Positions 30,436 through 44,071 of a DNA stretch of 64,000 bases are shown piece by piece. The position numbers were made by a program, and so were the translations under genes. The stretch is taken from the NCBI GenBank assembly GCA_964016885.1, contig OZ024747.1, positions 10,664,001 through 10,728,000 on the forward strand. Reading direction: 5' to 3'. Every line of letters starts with the position of its first letter. The first letter of the stretch is position 1. Source of the DNA: Eledone cirrhosa. Its lineage: Eukaryota. Below the pieces are notes generated by a model. The model made no database searches. It was not told the origin of the DNA and was given only the letters and a program-made list of their open reading frames with translations.

Positions 30436-30888
30436 AGAATGTTTCTGTACATGTGTGTGTGTGTGTACCAGTGCATGTAGGTACATTGTTGTTTTTATCA
30501 TTTTAACATCCACTCTCCCTGCTAGCAAGGGTTGGACAAGTATACAGAGACCAAGACAGTATTAAAGCAGTGGCTACTGATCTCCCAGTCATAATAATGT
30601 CGCGCGCGCGTGCGTGCGTGCGTGCGTGCGTGCGTGTGCGTGTGTGTGTGTGTATATAAAACGACATAACGACAAAATGGAGTAGAAATGCAAGACCAGA
30701 AAAAAGAAAAGGCACAAAATATTGAGTCATTGAAAAGGTAAGATTGGTGTGACAAAAGAGCCTTGACGAAAGAATAAAGTGAAAGTTATATTGTGTGTGT
30801 GTTGTGTTCAACTGCCAAAATGACCACCCCCAAATATATATAACAATATCAGTTTCAAAACAGGATTTCAAATCAAGATTCTTGCTGA

Positions 30889-30920
<32 letters not shown>

Positions 30921-32292
30921 CCATTTGCAACTTTCAATTTACTCAACCACAAACACAGTCCAATTCACTTTCCAGCCCCAATGTCCTACAGTTGTCTCTC
31001 TAAAATAGTTATTTCTCCAAAGTTATTTCTCCAAAGTTACTCATATATTTAACCCTGTATGTCGTTTGTACATACTGAACATTTATGTAATTATATCCTA
31101 GGGTTGTTATTTAAAATCATGTTAGAAGATGTTAAATTTCACAGAACCTGAGCTAGTTTTAGGCCAAGTTCATATCAGGCATTAGACAACAGCCATCACT
31201 GACACCAATTTCAAGAGATTTGTACAATTATATTGAACCTAGTACTTATTTTATCGATCTCTGTTTGCCCAACTGCTAATTTATGAGAGATAAACAGACA
31301 TGACCCACAGACACAAATATATACGACTTGTTCTCAAGAGCAATCTTACAAAATAGCCGACTAAAAAATATCTTTTCCTCCATTTTGTTATTTTTTTTAG
31401 AGACAATAAAAGATGAACAAGAGGGGAGATACCACAAAAACTAGATTGAAATATAACAGTGTTTGTATATCTTCACTATTTCTGCCATAACAACAACTGT
31501 TTCTAATTTTGGAACAAGGCCAGCAATTTAGGGGTGACAGTTAAATCGACCCGACCCAGACTCTTATTTTATCAATCCTGGAATAAAAGACGAAGCTTAT
31601 TTCGGTGGGATTTGAACTCAGAACGTAGAGATATAATAAATTACACAATGGCAGAAGACCACCAATTGTTGGGGAGGGGGCTAATTGACCCTAGTATTTA
31701 ACTAGTATTTTATCGATCCCGGAAGAATAAAAAACAAAGTTGACCTGGACAGGATTTAGAGAGAAGAAATATGGTGATGTATTTTTTATCGACGCTCTCG
31801 CGATTCTACCAACCCAGCGCCTTTGATGACGTGATGGTCACGGCTGGAGTGTCTTCGATAATAAATAGGTCAGCTCGACCAGGGCTGGGGTAAACAACTT
31901 ATATCACTATGTATTTACCCTCCATACTCACCGCACTCAAAGCACAAGAACCTCTCTTCAAAGCAAGCTCCACACCACAGCCACCCTATCTACACTCACA
32001 CACACACACCACAGCCACCCTATCAACACACACACACACACTACAGCCACCCTATCAACACACACTACAGCCACCCTATCAACACACACACACTACAGCC
32101 ACCCTATCAACACACACACACTACAGCCACCCTATCAACACACACACACTACAGCCACCCTATCTATACACACACAAACCTCTTTCTTTCATTCTCACTC
32201 ACCATATCAACATTATTGCAGCAACCCCCCCCCCCTCAATCAACTATCCCTAACATCAGTACCAAGCACTAAACATCATCACCACTACACTG

Positions 32293-32618
32293 CCCCGTCA
32301 CCATCACCACCACAACACTAACATTAACACAAAGCCCCGTCACCATCACTACAACACTAACATCAACACAAAGCCCCGTCACCATCACCACCACCACTAC
32401 AACACTAACATCAACACAAAGCCCCGTCACCATCACCACCACCACTACAACACTAACATCAACACAAAGCCCCGTCACCATCACCACCACCACTACAACA
32501 CTAACATCAACACAAAGCCCCGTCACCATCACCACCACCACTACAACACTAACATCAACACAAAGCCCCGTCACCATCACCACCACCACTACAACACTAA
32601 CATCAACACAAAGCCCCC
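32293..32618. repeat. 48-bp minisatellite, about 7 copies
   Basis: Unit ccccgtcaccatcaccaccaccactacaacactaacatcaacacaaag. Confidence 0.9.
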
Positions 32619-33619
32619 ACCACCACAAACAACAAACTATCCCTAACCAACCAGCCAGCCAAACACTAACTAACCCACCACCACCACCATCAGCAGCAGC
32701 AACAACAGCAGCCAAGAGCTTCGAAAGAGCCAATGTGGCACCAATAGCTATCACAGAAACTAGACTGTCAGGAGCCTGTGGCACTAGGGAAGAGAGAGAG
32801 AAGATTCTCTCACCACACACAAACAACACTCATACAAACCTTTCATATACATACACACACACCTTACACAAAAATAAATACGGTTGTATATGTGTGTATA
32901 TATATGCGTGTGTGGTGTATTCTTTACTTACATTACATATACATCCTACATGTATATATTTCACGGAACAAACTGTCTGCCGCACTTTTCTCCTCACACA
33001 CACATATATACACTATATACACGCACACACATACGCAGACTATACACAGGACGAGGGGGAAAGAAACACATATATATAGCAATACACAAAATAAAAACAC
33101 CACCACCCTCATCATATATACACATTATATACCAGTAAACAACTAACACATATACGAGGAAAGGAGCCTAAGTGGTCAATCAACTGGCTAGAAATAGCAG
33201 CAAAATCTATCTAAAATCACCGCTCGTCGTCCTAAATAGGGAAATGAAACAGAACAGTGTAGTCAGAGACATGTGGACGAAATGGTCACGACTGGAGGGC
33301 TTTTGATTAGAGATCTACAAGATGGAGAGGACTGGTTGACTTGAGGTTAAAATTTACACGAGAAGGAGTATGTATATGTGGTAGCTAGAAATAGCAGTCA
33401 AATCTCGATCAAATACACCCTACTTTAAATATGGAAAGAAGACATTGCCCTTAAAAATCTGGTATCGGATAGAATGTTTTTAGATGAGGTCTGTTCTGAG
33501 ATACACGAACCAACGAGAGAGCCTCTCTGTGGTATCAAGACTTGTTAGAAATAATAGTTAAATTTCCCAATGTACCGCCGTACATTGAAGTATAGTTAGC
33601 CCCATATATATATATATAT

Positions 33620-34185
33620 ACGGGGTAACAAATTATTATTATATGTAGTCCACTTAGGTGTAGTCCAGTTATGGTACTCCGGGTAGTGGATGATATCAAC
33701 GCTTGGCTAAGTTTGGCTCAACAAGGCGTTTCCATAGTGATGCTGCGAGTACGCTGTAATTCCTATATTGTAAACACTTGGAGTGATGATAAATAAGGAA
33801 AGAAGAGTGACACGGTTTGCTATCCAAAAAAGGTTTTTAATCTCATTGCTGACAATTGTTTCTCTGAACTGGTAGGTCTAGAGATCGCTATCCGCTTATT
33901 TTCACGTTACTCGATCGCCAATACAAAGTTATAATCAGTCAGTTCATCGGAGCTTGCGAGAATGAAAAGAATATACAGGCTGTATATTCTTTTCGTGCCT
34001 GTATATTCTTTTCATTCTCGCAAGCTCCGATGAACTGACTGGTTATAACTTTGTATTGGCGATCGAGTAACGTGAAAATAAGCGGATAGCGATCTCTAGA
34101 CCTACCAGTTCAGAGAAACAATTGTCAGCAATGAGATTAAAAACCTTTCTTGGATAGCAAACCGTGTCACTCTTCTTTCCTGATT

Positions 34186-34190
<5 letters not shown>
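33620..34190. mobile_element. (TA)n-flanked element with ~190-bp-arm palindrome (33789-34188) and a variant hammerhead in each arm
   Basis: Near-perfect inverted repeat. Right arm: gct-CCGATGA(34027)-actgactggt...accagttcaga-GAAA(34115)-caattg-TC-agc. Confidence 0.8.
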
Positions 34191-34235
<45 letters not shown>

Positions 34236-34934
34236 GACCTCGAGCCAACCATCTGTGAAACGTACGTAACAGGTCGATAATCAATAAACACATGTAAACG
34301 AAACTTCCCGTTTTCTTATATATATAACAGGATGGTCACGAATGGAACGTCTCAGAACACAGGTTTGTTTGATCGATCAAGTTACAGCCCCGGTGCCTAA
34401 ATTAGAAACCATTATAAGGGAGGTGGGTTGGCAGAAGAGGTAGAGCGTCGGACATGCTGTGCAGCATAGAGTTGCGGCCCTTTACGTTCCGAGTTCAAAT
34501 CCCGCCGAGGTTAGCTTTGCTTTTCATTCTTACGGGGGTCGATAAAATAAAGTACCAGTAACAACTTTACACCTTCCCCCAAAAAGTGCCTTAATCAGAA
34601 ACCACTACACACATGTATGTATGTATACACACACACACGTGTGTCAAATCGGACCGAGGAAACAATGTTTCCGTTGGTCTTTCCAATTGCTAATGCTATC
34701 TATCGGTCGCAACTCCAGGTAGAAGGAGCAACGTGAAATAAAGTGTCTTGTTCAAGGACATAACGCATCGCCCGGTCCAGGAATCGAACTCACAACCTCA
34801 CAATTGCCAATCCAGTTCTCTAACCAATCAGCCACACGCCTACACACACACACACACACACAGATATATGCAAGCAGGGAAAAGCGGACGTAAAATCATG
34901 ATGATATATATATTTGTAGTAAGGTTGCTTGGAC

Positions 34935-35376
34935 GCGTCCATAGGTGGTATGCCGGCGTCCATGGGTGGTATGCCGGCGTCCATGGGTGGTATGCCGGCG
35001 TCCATAGGTGGTATGCCGGCGTCCATAGGAGGTATGCCGGCGTCCATAGGTGGTATGCCGGCGTCCATAGGTGGTATGCCGGCGTCCATAGGAGGTATGC
35101 CGGCGTCCATAGGTGGTATGCCGGCGTCCATAGGTGGTATGCCGGCGTCCATGGGTGGTATGCCGGCGTCCATGGGTGGTATGCCGGCGTCCATGGGTGG
35201 TATGCCGGCGTCCATAGGTGGTATGCCGGCGTCCATGGGTGGTATGCCGGCGTCCATAGGTGGTATGCCGGCGTCCATGGGTGGTATGCCGGCGTCCATG
35301 GGTGGTATGCCGGCGTCCATGGGTGGTATGCCGGCGTCCATAGGTGGTATGCCGGCGTCCATAGGTGGTATGCCGG
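34935..35376. repeat. 21-bp CpG-rich minisatellite (ccataggtggtatgccggcgt), about 21 copies
   Basis: Read directly; explains four overlapping 7-aa periodic ORFs. Confidence 0.95.
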
Positions 35377-35535
35377 TTGAGCACTCTTAAATATATATAT
35401 ATAAGTTTATCCCGGGTTCAATCAGGGGTAACCACAGTAAGTAAGGTACTCAATACGAAGCAGACTATACATTTTTAATATAGAAATGGCTTCTACAGGA
35501 CTAGAACTGTTTCATTCGGGAGAAATCATTAGGAA

Positions 35536-35584
35536 GCTTCCTGATGATTTCTCCCGAATGAAACAGTTCTAGTCCTGTAGAAGC
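35536..35584 (+). ncRNA. Type I hammerhead in a family-C fold-back element (35400-35600)
   Basis: gcttc-CTGATGA-tttc(tccc)gaat-GAAA-cag(ttctagtc)ctg-TA-gaagc. The mirrored minus copy has CTAATGA. Stem II is weak. Confidence 0.7.
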
Positions 35585-35787
35585 CATTTATATATATATA
35601 GTTAGACAGAAATATGTGGGCTAAGCAACCTGCGCCAGTCGGTCTACTAGCTGCCCTTCACGGGTCTGTGTACGGCACACGTAATGCCCGTCATTATATA
35701 ATTTACTGACATAATCTTTAGGTCTACCCAGTTAATTGGAACAATTTAGGTTCTTTCTCCTTTATTCACTCATGTTTATATTAAGTG

Positions 35788-36882
<1,095 letters not shown>

Positions 36883-37120
36883 ATGGTTTCTCATTTAGGC
36901 AGAAGGCCACCAATTTTTGGGGAGGGGAAAGTCGATTAAATCGACCCCAGTGCGTGACTGGTACTTTATTTTATCGACGACTCCGTAAGGATGACAGGCA
37001 AAGCTAACCCGGCGTACACATACACACTTTACAAAGAGAAACAGACAGAGAGGGAGACAGACAGAGAGAGAGACAGACAGAGAGGGAGACACACACGAAA
37101 GCCAAGGTGTATTACGTAAC

Positions 37121-37175
<55 letters not shown>

Positions 37176-37385
37176 AGATATTCTCCGAAACACAGAGTAT
37201 GGCTATTAGGCCGTTTACTGGTGAATATCTTAAGCTAAATAAGAGAAGGTATACAGAGCAGAACGAGGTAAGATATAGAGGTCGACAGACAGACAGAGGT
37301 GTGTGTGTGTGTGTGTATACACACTTCAACAGTATTCTAATAAATATGTGTACACATACACACACACTCTCTCTCTCTCTCTCTT

Positions 37386-37399
<14 letters not shown>

Positions 37400-37417
<18 letters not shown>

Positions 37418-37920
37418 GAGAGAGAGTAGAGAGAGAGAGAGAGAGGAGAGAGTAGAGAGAGGAGAGAGCTAGAGTAGAGAGAGAGAGGGAGAGAGAAAGA
37501 GAGGGAGAGAGGTAGAGAGAGAGTAGAGAGAGAGAGCTAGAGAGTAGAGAGAGAGAGAGAGTAGAGAGAGAGAGTAGAAAGAGAGTAGAGGGAGAGAGAG
37601 AGAGAGTGTAGAGAGAGAGAGTAGAGAGAGAGAGAGAGTAGAGAGAGGAGAGAGAGAGAGTAGAGAGAGAGAGTAGAGAGGAGAGAGAGAGAGTAGAAAG
37701 AGAGTAGAGAGAGAGAGAGTAGAGAGAGAGAGAGCGAGAGAGTAGAGAGAGAGAGTAGAGAGAGTGTAGAGAGAGAGTGTAGAGAGAGAGAGAGTAGAGA
37801 GAGTAGAGAGAGAGAGTAGAGAGAGAGAGTAGAGAGAGAGAGAGAGTAGAGAGGAGAGAGAGAGAGAGAGTAGAGAGGAGAGAGAGAGAGAGAGAGAGTA
37901 GAGATAGTAGAGAGAGAGAG
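37400..37920. repeat. (GA)n with GTA interruptions
   Basis: Read directly. Confidence 0.95.
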
Positions 37921-38049
37921 TGTGTGTGTGTGTGAGTAAAAATATACACACATAGTTCAGCCCATAAGTTAAGAAATAAAGGACCGCTTAGAAATGATGG
38001 AAGGAAGGATTGAAGGAAGGATTCACGGTGTAGAGTGAATCTAATCCAC

Positions 38050-38134
<85 letters not shown>

Positions 38135-38276
38135 GTATATATATATAAAGGTGTGTGGAGAAAAGAATCACCGCTTAACGAGCTTTCTATGTATAAGTGA
38201 TTTTTTTTCTCCACACCCTTTTTGTTTCACTAGAGAGAGAGAGCGAGCGAGAGAGAGAGAGAGAGAGAGGGAGAGC

Positions 38277-38307
<31 letters not shown>

Positions 38308-38454
38308 CGAGCATTTAACATTATATAAAATGTTGTTGAAACAGCGTCTCTTACTACCTGTGGGACACCTGATACATTTATCAGGTAGCAGAATTAAAGG
38401 AGAGAATGTTATCGACAGGTAACGTTAATAGAGAGAACGGAAGAGCGGTTCGAG

Positions 38455-38471
38455 AAATGCCACACAAGTAC

Positions 38472-38526
<55 letters not shown>

Positions 38527-39500
38527 GAAAGTGATAGAGATAGAGATAGAAAGAGAGATAGAGAGAGATATATAGAGAGAAAGAGAGAGACCCCAAGAAA
38601 TGCCACACAAGTACATAGAGAGAGAGAGAGTGAGAAAGTGATAGAGATAGAGATAGAAAGAGAGAGATAGAGAGAGATATATAGAGAGAAAGAGAGAGAC
38701 CCCAAGAAATGCCACACAAGTACATAGAGAGAGAGAGAGAGTGAGAAAGTGAGAGAGATAGAGATAGAAAGAGAGAAAGATATAGAGATATATAGAGAGA
38801 AAGAGAGAGACCCCAAGAAATGCCACACAAGTACATAGAGAGAGAGAGAGTGAGAAAGTGAGAGAGATAGAGATAGAAAGAGAGAGAGATATAGAAAGAA
38901 AGAGAGAGACCCCAAGAAATGCCACACGAGTACATAGAGAGAGAGAGAGTGAGAAAGTGAGAGAGATAGAGATAGAAAGAGAGAGAGATATAGAAAGAAA
39001 GAGAGAGACCCCAAGAAATGCCACACGAGTACATAGAGAGAGAGAGAGTGAGAAAGTGAGAGAGATAGAGATAGAAAGAGAGAGAGATATAGAAAGAGAG
39101 AGACCCCAAGAAATGCCACACAAGTTCATAGAGAGAGAGAGAGTGAGAAAGTGAGAGAGATAGAGATAGAAAGAGAGAGAGATATAGAAAGAAAGAGAGA
39201 GACCCCAAGAAATGCAACACAAGTACATAGAGAGAGAGAGTGAGAAAGTGAGAGAGATAGAGATAGAAAGAGAGAGAGAGAGATATAGAAAGAGAGAGAC
39301 CCCAAGAAATGCAACACAAGTACATAGAGAGAGAGAGAGTGAGAAAGTGAGAGAGATAGAGATAGAAAGAGAGAGAGAGAGATATAGAAAGAGAGAGACC
39401 CCAAGAAATGCCACACAAGTACATAGAGAGAGAGAGTGAGAAAGTGAGAGAGATAGAGATAGAAAGAGAGAGACCCCAAGAAATGCCACACAAGTACATA
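38455..39500. repeat. ~100-120-bp composite minisatellite (ccccaagaaatgccacacaagtacat plus GA-rich spacer), about 10 copies
   Basis: Constant core separated by variable (GA)n/gata tracts. Confidence 0.9.
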
Positions 39501-39641
39501 GAACAGGATTTGCCGAACGCGATTTGTTGCGAAAATAAAATTATATATTTTTTGAAATGTGAAAACTATGAACTAAAACCGCCAGGAACGTCTCTATAAC
39601 TAACTATACATTATTTATTGAAAAAAAAAATTAATTTAATA

Positions 39642-39823
39642 ATTGTTTCTACTTTTGGCACAAGACCAGCAATTACCCAGTACATTACTGGTACTTTATT
39701 TTATCGACCCCGTAAGGATGAAAGGCAAAGTTAACCTCGGCGGGATTTCAACTCAGATGGTAAAGGGACGTAACTATGCTGTAAAGCATGACGTCCGACC
39801 CTCTACCGATACTGCCAAACCAC
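39642..39823 (-). mobile_element. Young SINE copy, very similar to 49020-49200 and 63413-63600
   Basis: Shared gtttctacttttggcacaagg..ccgtaaggatgaaaggcaaagttaacctcggcgggattt..gtccgaccctct. Confidence 0.85.
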
Positions 39824-42800
39824 CAAGTTATCTGATGAAAGATACAACTTCCCAGTTGTCTGTAAACTAGGAAACTGGCGAAAATTGCACCCATTGATGT
39901 GGAGGGGTTATTTTCACTGAGTTTGTAAAAACAAAAAACAACAACAACAACAACAACAACAACAGAAAACAGTGTAGCGAAAGTGAAGCAGCTAACCATT
40001 CACCAAACATTAAATACTTCAGCAATGCTAGTTCTCCCCATCTCTCACTAAATGAGGGCCCACGCACTGGCCGCCCCGGCGGGCAGGTAGTTTATAGTTA
40101 AGGGTTTTATTTATATACAAAAAATACGTCAAAATATGTTTGTTTGCTCAAAACTTTATGTACGACTCGTATGTATATATGTGAACCCGTAACTCCAGAT
40201 AGGGTCGTAGGGGCGCCATAGTGATTCACACACAACAGGCGTGCCTAGGGCATTTTAAATCTGACAGAGTCCATTCCTCTTTAGCTTTGAACTACAAAGC
40301 TGATATCTGAGAGGGGGGGGGGGGGGGGGGGGCGTCGACCCGAGTACTGAAGTGGTACTTTATTTTCTCGAAGTCGAAAGCATGTAAAGCAAAGTCGACT
40401 TCGGCGGGATTTGAACCCAGAGTTTAGAAAATCAGAACGAATACCGCAAAACACTATAGCCGACATTTTAACAATTCTGCTAATTCACCGCCTATATAAA
40501 TTACTACGATTATGAAAAGTTTGGTAACATAAGAATATAACATTGATATCTAAAACAGACACAAGGCCACATATTTTGGGGATAAGGGTGCAGTCGATTT
40601 ATTCAAAACCGAGAATATTTCTAATATATGCACAAGGCCAGAAATGTGGGGAAGAAGATTAGTCGATTATACCACCCCTAGTACATGGCTGGTACTTATT
40701 TACACCGAAAATACAAACGTAACTTGGGTGAGATTTGAACTCAGAAAATGAAGGGCCAAAATTAAATAGCCTTTCATTCTAACGATTTTATCATCAGGTA
40801 GAGCAGCTACTTCTCCATATCAAGAGGCCACGGCTTAGGTACTACGGGCAAGTGGTTAGAATGTCCAAGGAAAGAATAGCTGGTCAGATTTTACGAGCAA
40901 AGCCAACTGGCAGGAGACCCAGAAGTAGACCACCAGCAAGATAGTTGGATAACACCCATAAGCTTGATTATCCACTCGGATCGTATGGAGATGGTTGCTT
41001 CTGATAGGACCCTCTGGAAGGTTTGTCTGAGGACTCTGCCTCCACGACCTTCTCAGGAATAAGTGGACAAAAAAAAAGAAGATTTTAACAATTCTACCAA
41101 ATTTTTTTTTCTTGGATGACCCCTCTTCAGGGCATCGGAGACTGGCGAGGGGGAAATTTAATCTTAGATCGGATACCTGGCCTGAATATATGCAGAGGAG
41201 CTTCTCAAACACACACAAGGACCACCAAGATGTGTGAAAACAGGCGTCGGATTAACTCAGCTATACAAAGAACAAGAACGCCAGTTCCTCCAATAGGGCT
41301 TCCTTCCACTCTATTTCTACCAATCAAATCTAAAACCCTAAGCTATGACAGAAGGCGTCCATAGTATCGTGCAATGAGATCAAACCGGAAACTGTTGCTA
41401 TTTTGTGTTAGCCATGTTTCATTGCTATTTTGTTTTATCATCTCCTGAGTCATGTAAGGAAAAGTAAGGTGAACCCCAGCGGGATTTAAGCTCAGAATGT
41501 AAAGTGTCCTAAATAAAGACTTAGGTTCTGTCATCCAACTTCTCTATAGACACTATAAACACAGCCATTGGAACACTGATGTTAATGGTGACCAGAGAAT
41601 GTAGAAGCCTCTTGATAGTCTCGTCCGACTTACTAGAAACAACAACCATCTTCTCCTCACACCACACCCTATCCGGTAGCTCAACCCAGTGGGATTAAAC
41701 TGAATGGACAGCAAAAGACAAGATGGCGTCACGATCTTCTCCTTCTGTAGAATAAAGCCCCTCGTCTCAGACACAACAGACATCGACATTTTCTCCAGTA
41801 GTAAGCAGCCAGCCTGGTTAATTCGATGACAGATCCAGTTTTCGTTGCCCGACAAGCTGAAGATCTCAAGCTGTTGAAGTATCGATCACTTTCTGATAAA
41901 TTTGTCATTGAAGCTATAATAATGGCGACTTGCAGGTGGTTATACTATATTACAACAAAAACGTTCCCAAGTATTATTGCTGCAATGTGATAAATCTAAT
42001 ATCTGGGCAGCTCAGACAAGGACATGTAATGAAGTTGTTTACTTCGCAATCACGTGGTTTCCGGTTCTATCTCGCCGTGATCGTTCATACTACGGCGCTT
42101 CCGGTCGACTTGTTCTCCTCCATCTAAAATATGTCAACCAAATTGTGTAGACAGAAAGCTGTCAAATGGACTGTATCTGCTCTTAGTTTGGTACACTTAA
42201 TAATTTACTTCTACCTTGTTTTAGCAGTAACTCTCTTGGAATAGTAACTCCTGATAGAGTTGATGGGCTGCTGTAGTGACATACGACTAAACCCGGTGAA
42301 GCCCATTCCCTTTCCACGTCTGAACACAGCCAATTTCTTCTTCTTAGAGAGAGAGAGAGAAAGAGTGAGAGTACTGGACTGGCATTTTAAAACCTGGCGG
42401 AACTCAATCCTCTCCAGGTTTGAATACAGCAGATTTCTTCCAAAGAAGGATAGAGAGAGTGAGAAAAAGATATAGAGGAAGAACCATCGACCCCAGTACT
42501 AGACAGGAACTTTATTTACCGACCGTGAAAGAATGACAGGTAATGTTGTAATCGGTGGGATTTGAACACGGAGCACGGAGAGATATTACATAATTTAGTT
42601 GTAGGTATATATAACAAGACGGGATGGCCACGACTGGAAACACCTTTCACCATGTGTTAGCTTGGTCAGGACTAACATGTTGCAGTATAATTGGCCCCTG
42701 ATTGCTTAAGAGATAATTTGATGTGATGGTTGAATTAACAAAGGCAGTTCTTTATAGAAGGGATTGTCACGACTAGAATGTCTTTATAAAGAGATTAAAG

Positions 42801-43133
42801 GTCTGCTGGAACATGGCTGATCTGGGGTTATATAACACAGGACGACACTTAATTATCCGAGCTGTAAGTACAGTCCAATACATACATACACGCATAGACA
42901 TACAAGCACAGACACATACATACACACGTACATAGGGAAGTAAAAACAAAAAGCCCTTCAAAAAATCATTTCCTGCCACTGTAAGGCCTCACCAGCCAGC
43001 TGGTCTAGATAAAATGGCGGCGGGGAGGAGACAGGTTTCTATAAGGCTTCTTCAATTGAAACCCCGACAAAAATACATCCCGCCTCCACACAATTAAACG
43101 ATGGAATAGAATTGAATGGCTGAATCATCTCAC

Positions 43134-43190
43134 CTGTCGTCGCTTTTACCCGTTCGGTGTTTAATCCGCAGTTACTGACAGGTAGGGACT
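43134..43190 (-). CDS. SMAD6/7: Smad6/7 internal linker exon 2 (57 nt), PY motif absent
   Basis: Long polypyrimidine tract ttcttcttcttttttttctctacAG|AGTCCC...GACAG|GTGAGA, phase 1-1. Translates (E)SLPVSNCGLNTERVKATT(D), in frame with exon 3; begins ES and ends at D like vertebrate I-Smad exon 2. Confidence 0.75.
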
Positions 43191-43860
43191 CTGTAGAGAA
43201 AAAAAAGAAGAAGAAATGTAGATTTAGTTAAGATGAAACTACAAAGACTGATAGATAAAGAATTACATACACACGCGCGCATATATATATATATATATAT
43301 AATACAAACACACACACACTTCAATAACATTCTAATAAATATTGCCTGTACAGGTATTCAAGGAGTGTATACATTTTTTGGGACACCCTGTATGTGTGTG
43401 TGTATATATATACAGTATATACACACTTTATATAGCTGTGTGTGAGAAAGACAGAGAAAGGATATTTTTGTGTAACGATGTATTTTGTGTTAGAGTGTCG
43501 TTAAGAAGTTAGTTCAATTTACGGCAGCGGTGGCGACTTGTTACTTCACAATATAATTTGATTCTAAATATACATACAAACACACACATATATATAAATA
43601 CATACAATTTATGTAGTAATTATGTATAATTAACCTTCTGAATCTAATCAAACTATGCTCTTGTGATTTTAAACTATATAATTCGGAAAGAGTTACCACA
43701 CACACAAAGCCACCCACGTCTAGTGGCATCAAAAATCAAGGGTAGATATCGCGATACAAAGCTCTTGTTAAAACGAGGTGATTGGACATCGATACGACTC
43801 ACCACATTCCATATAGACAAAAAATCTTGACTATTGACGGGCTGTCAATGTCGATGACTG

Positions 43861-43919
<59 letters not shown>

Positions 43920-43963
43920 AGTGTGTGTGTGAAGTATTTCCGTCGGAAAGGATGTTATTCATT

Positions 43964-44020
43964 CATTCTGACGACTGAAGACAGACATAACATCTGCCTT
44001 CAAGAAACCACTGGTAAATG
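43964..44020 (+). ncRNA. Type I hammerhead, family A, not folded back
   Basis: catt-CTGACGA-ctgaagacaga(cataaca)tctgccttcaa-GAAA-ccactgg-TA-aatg. Element sits between two (TA)n tracts; the first stem II pair is mismatched. Confidence 0.7.
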
Positions 44021-44036
44021 TTGTTTATTACATAAC

Positions 44037-44071
<35 letters not shown>

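Noticed and set aside
39832-39885. CTGATGA...GAAA next to a SINE
   Set aside because: No stem I, stem III or cleavage triplet.
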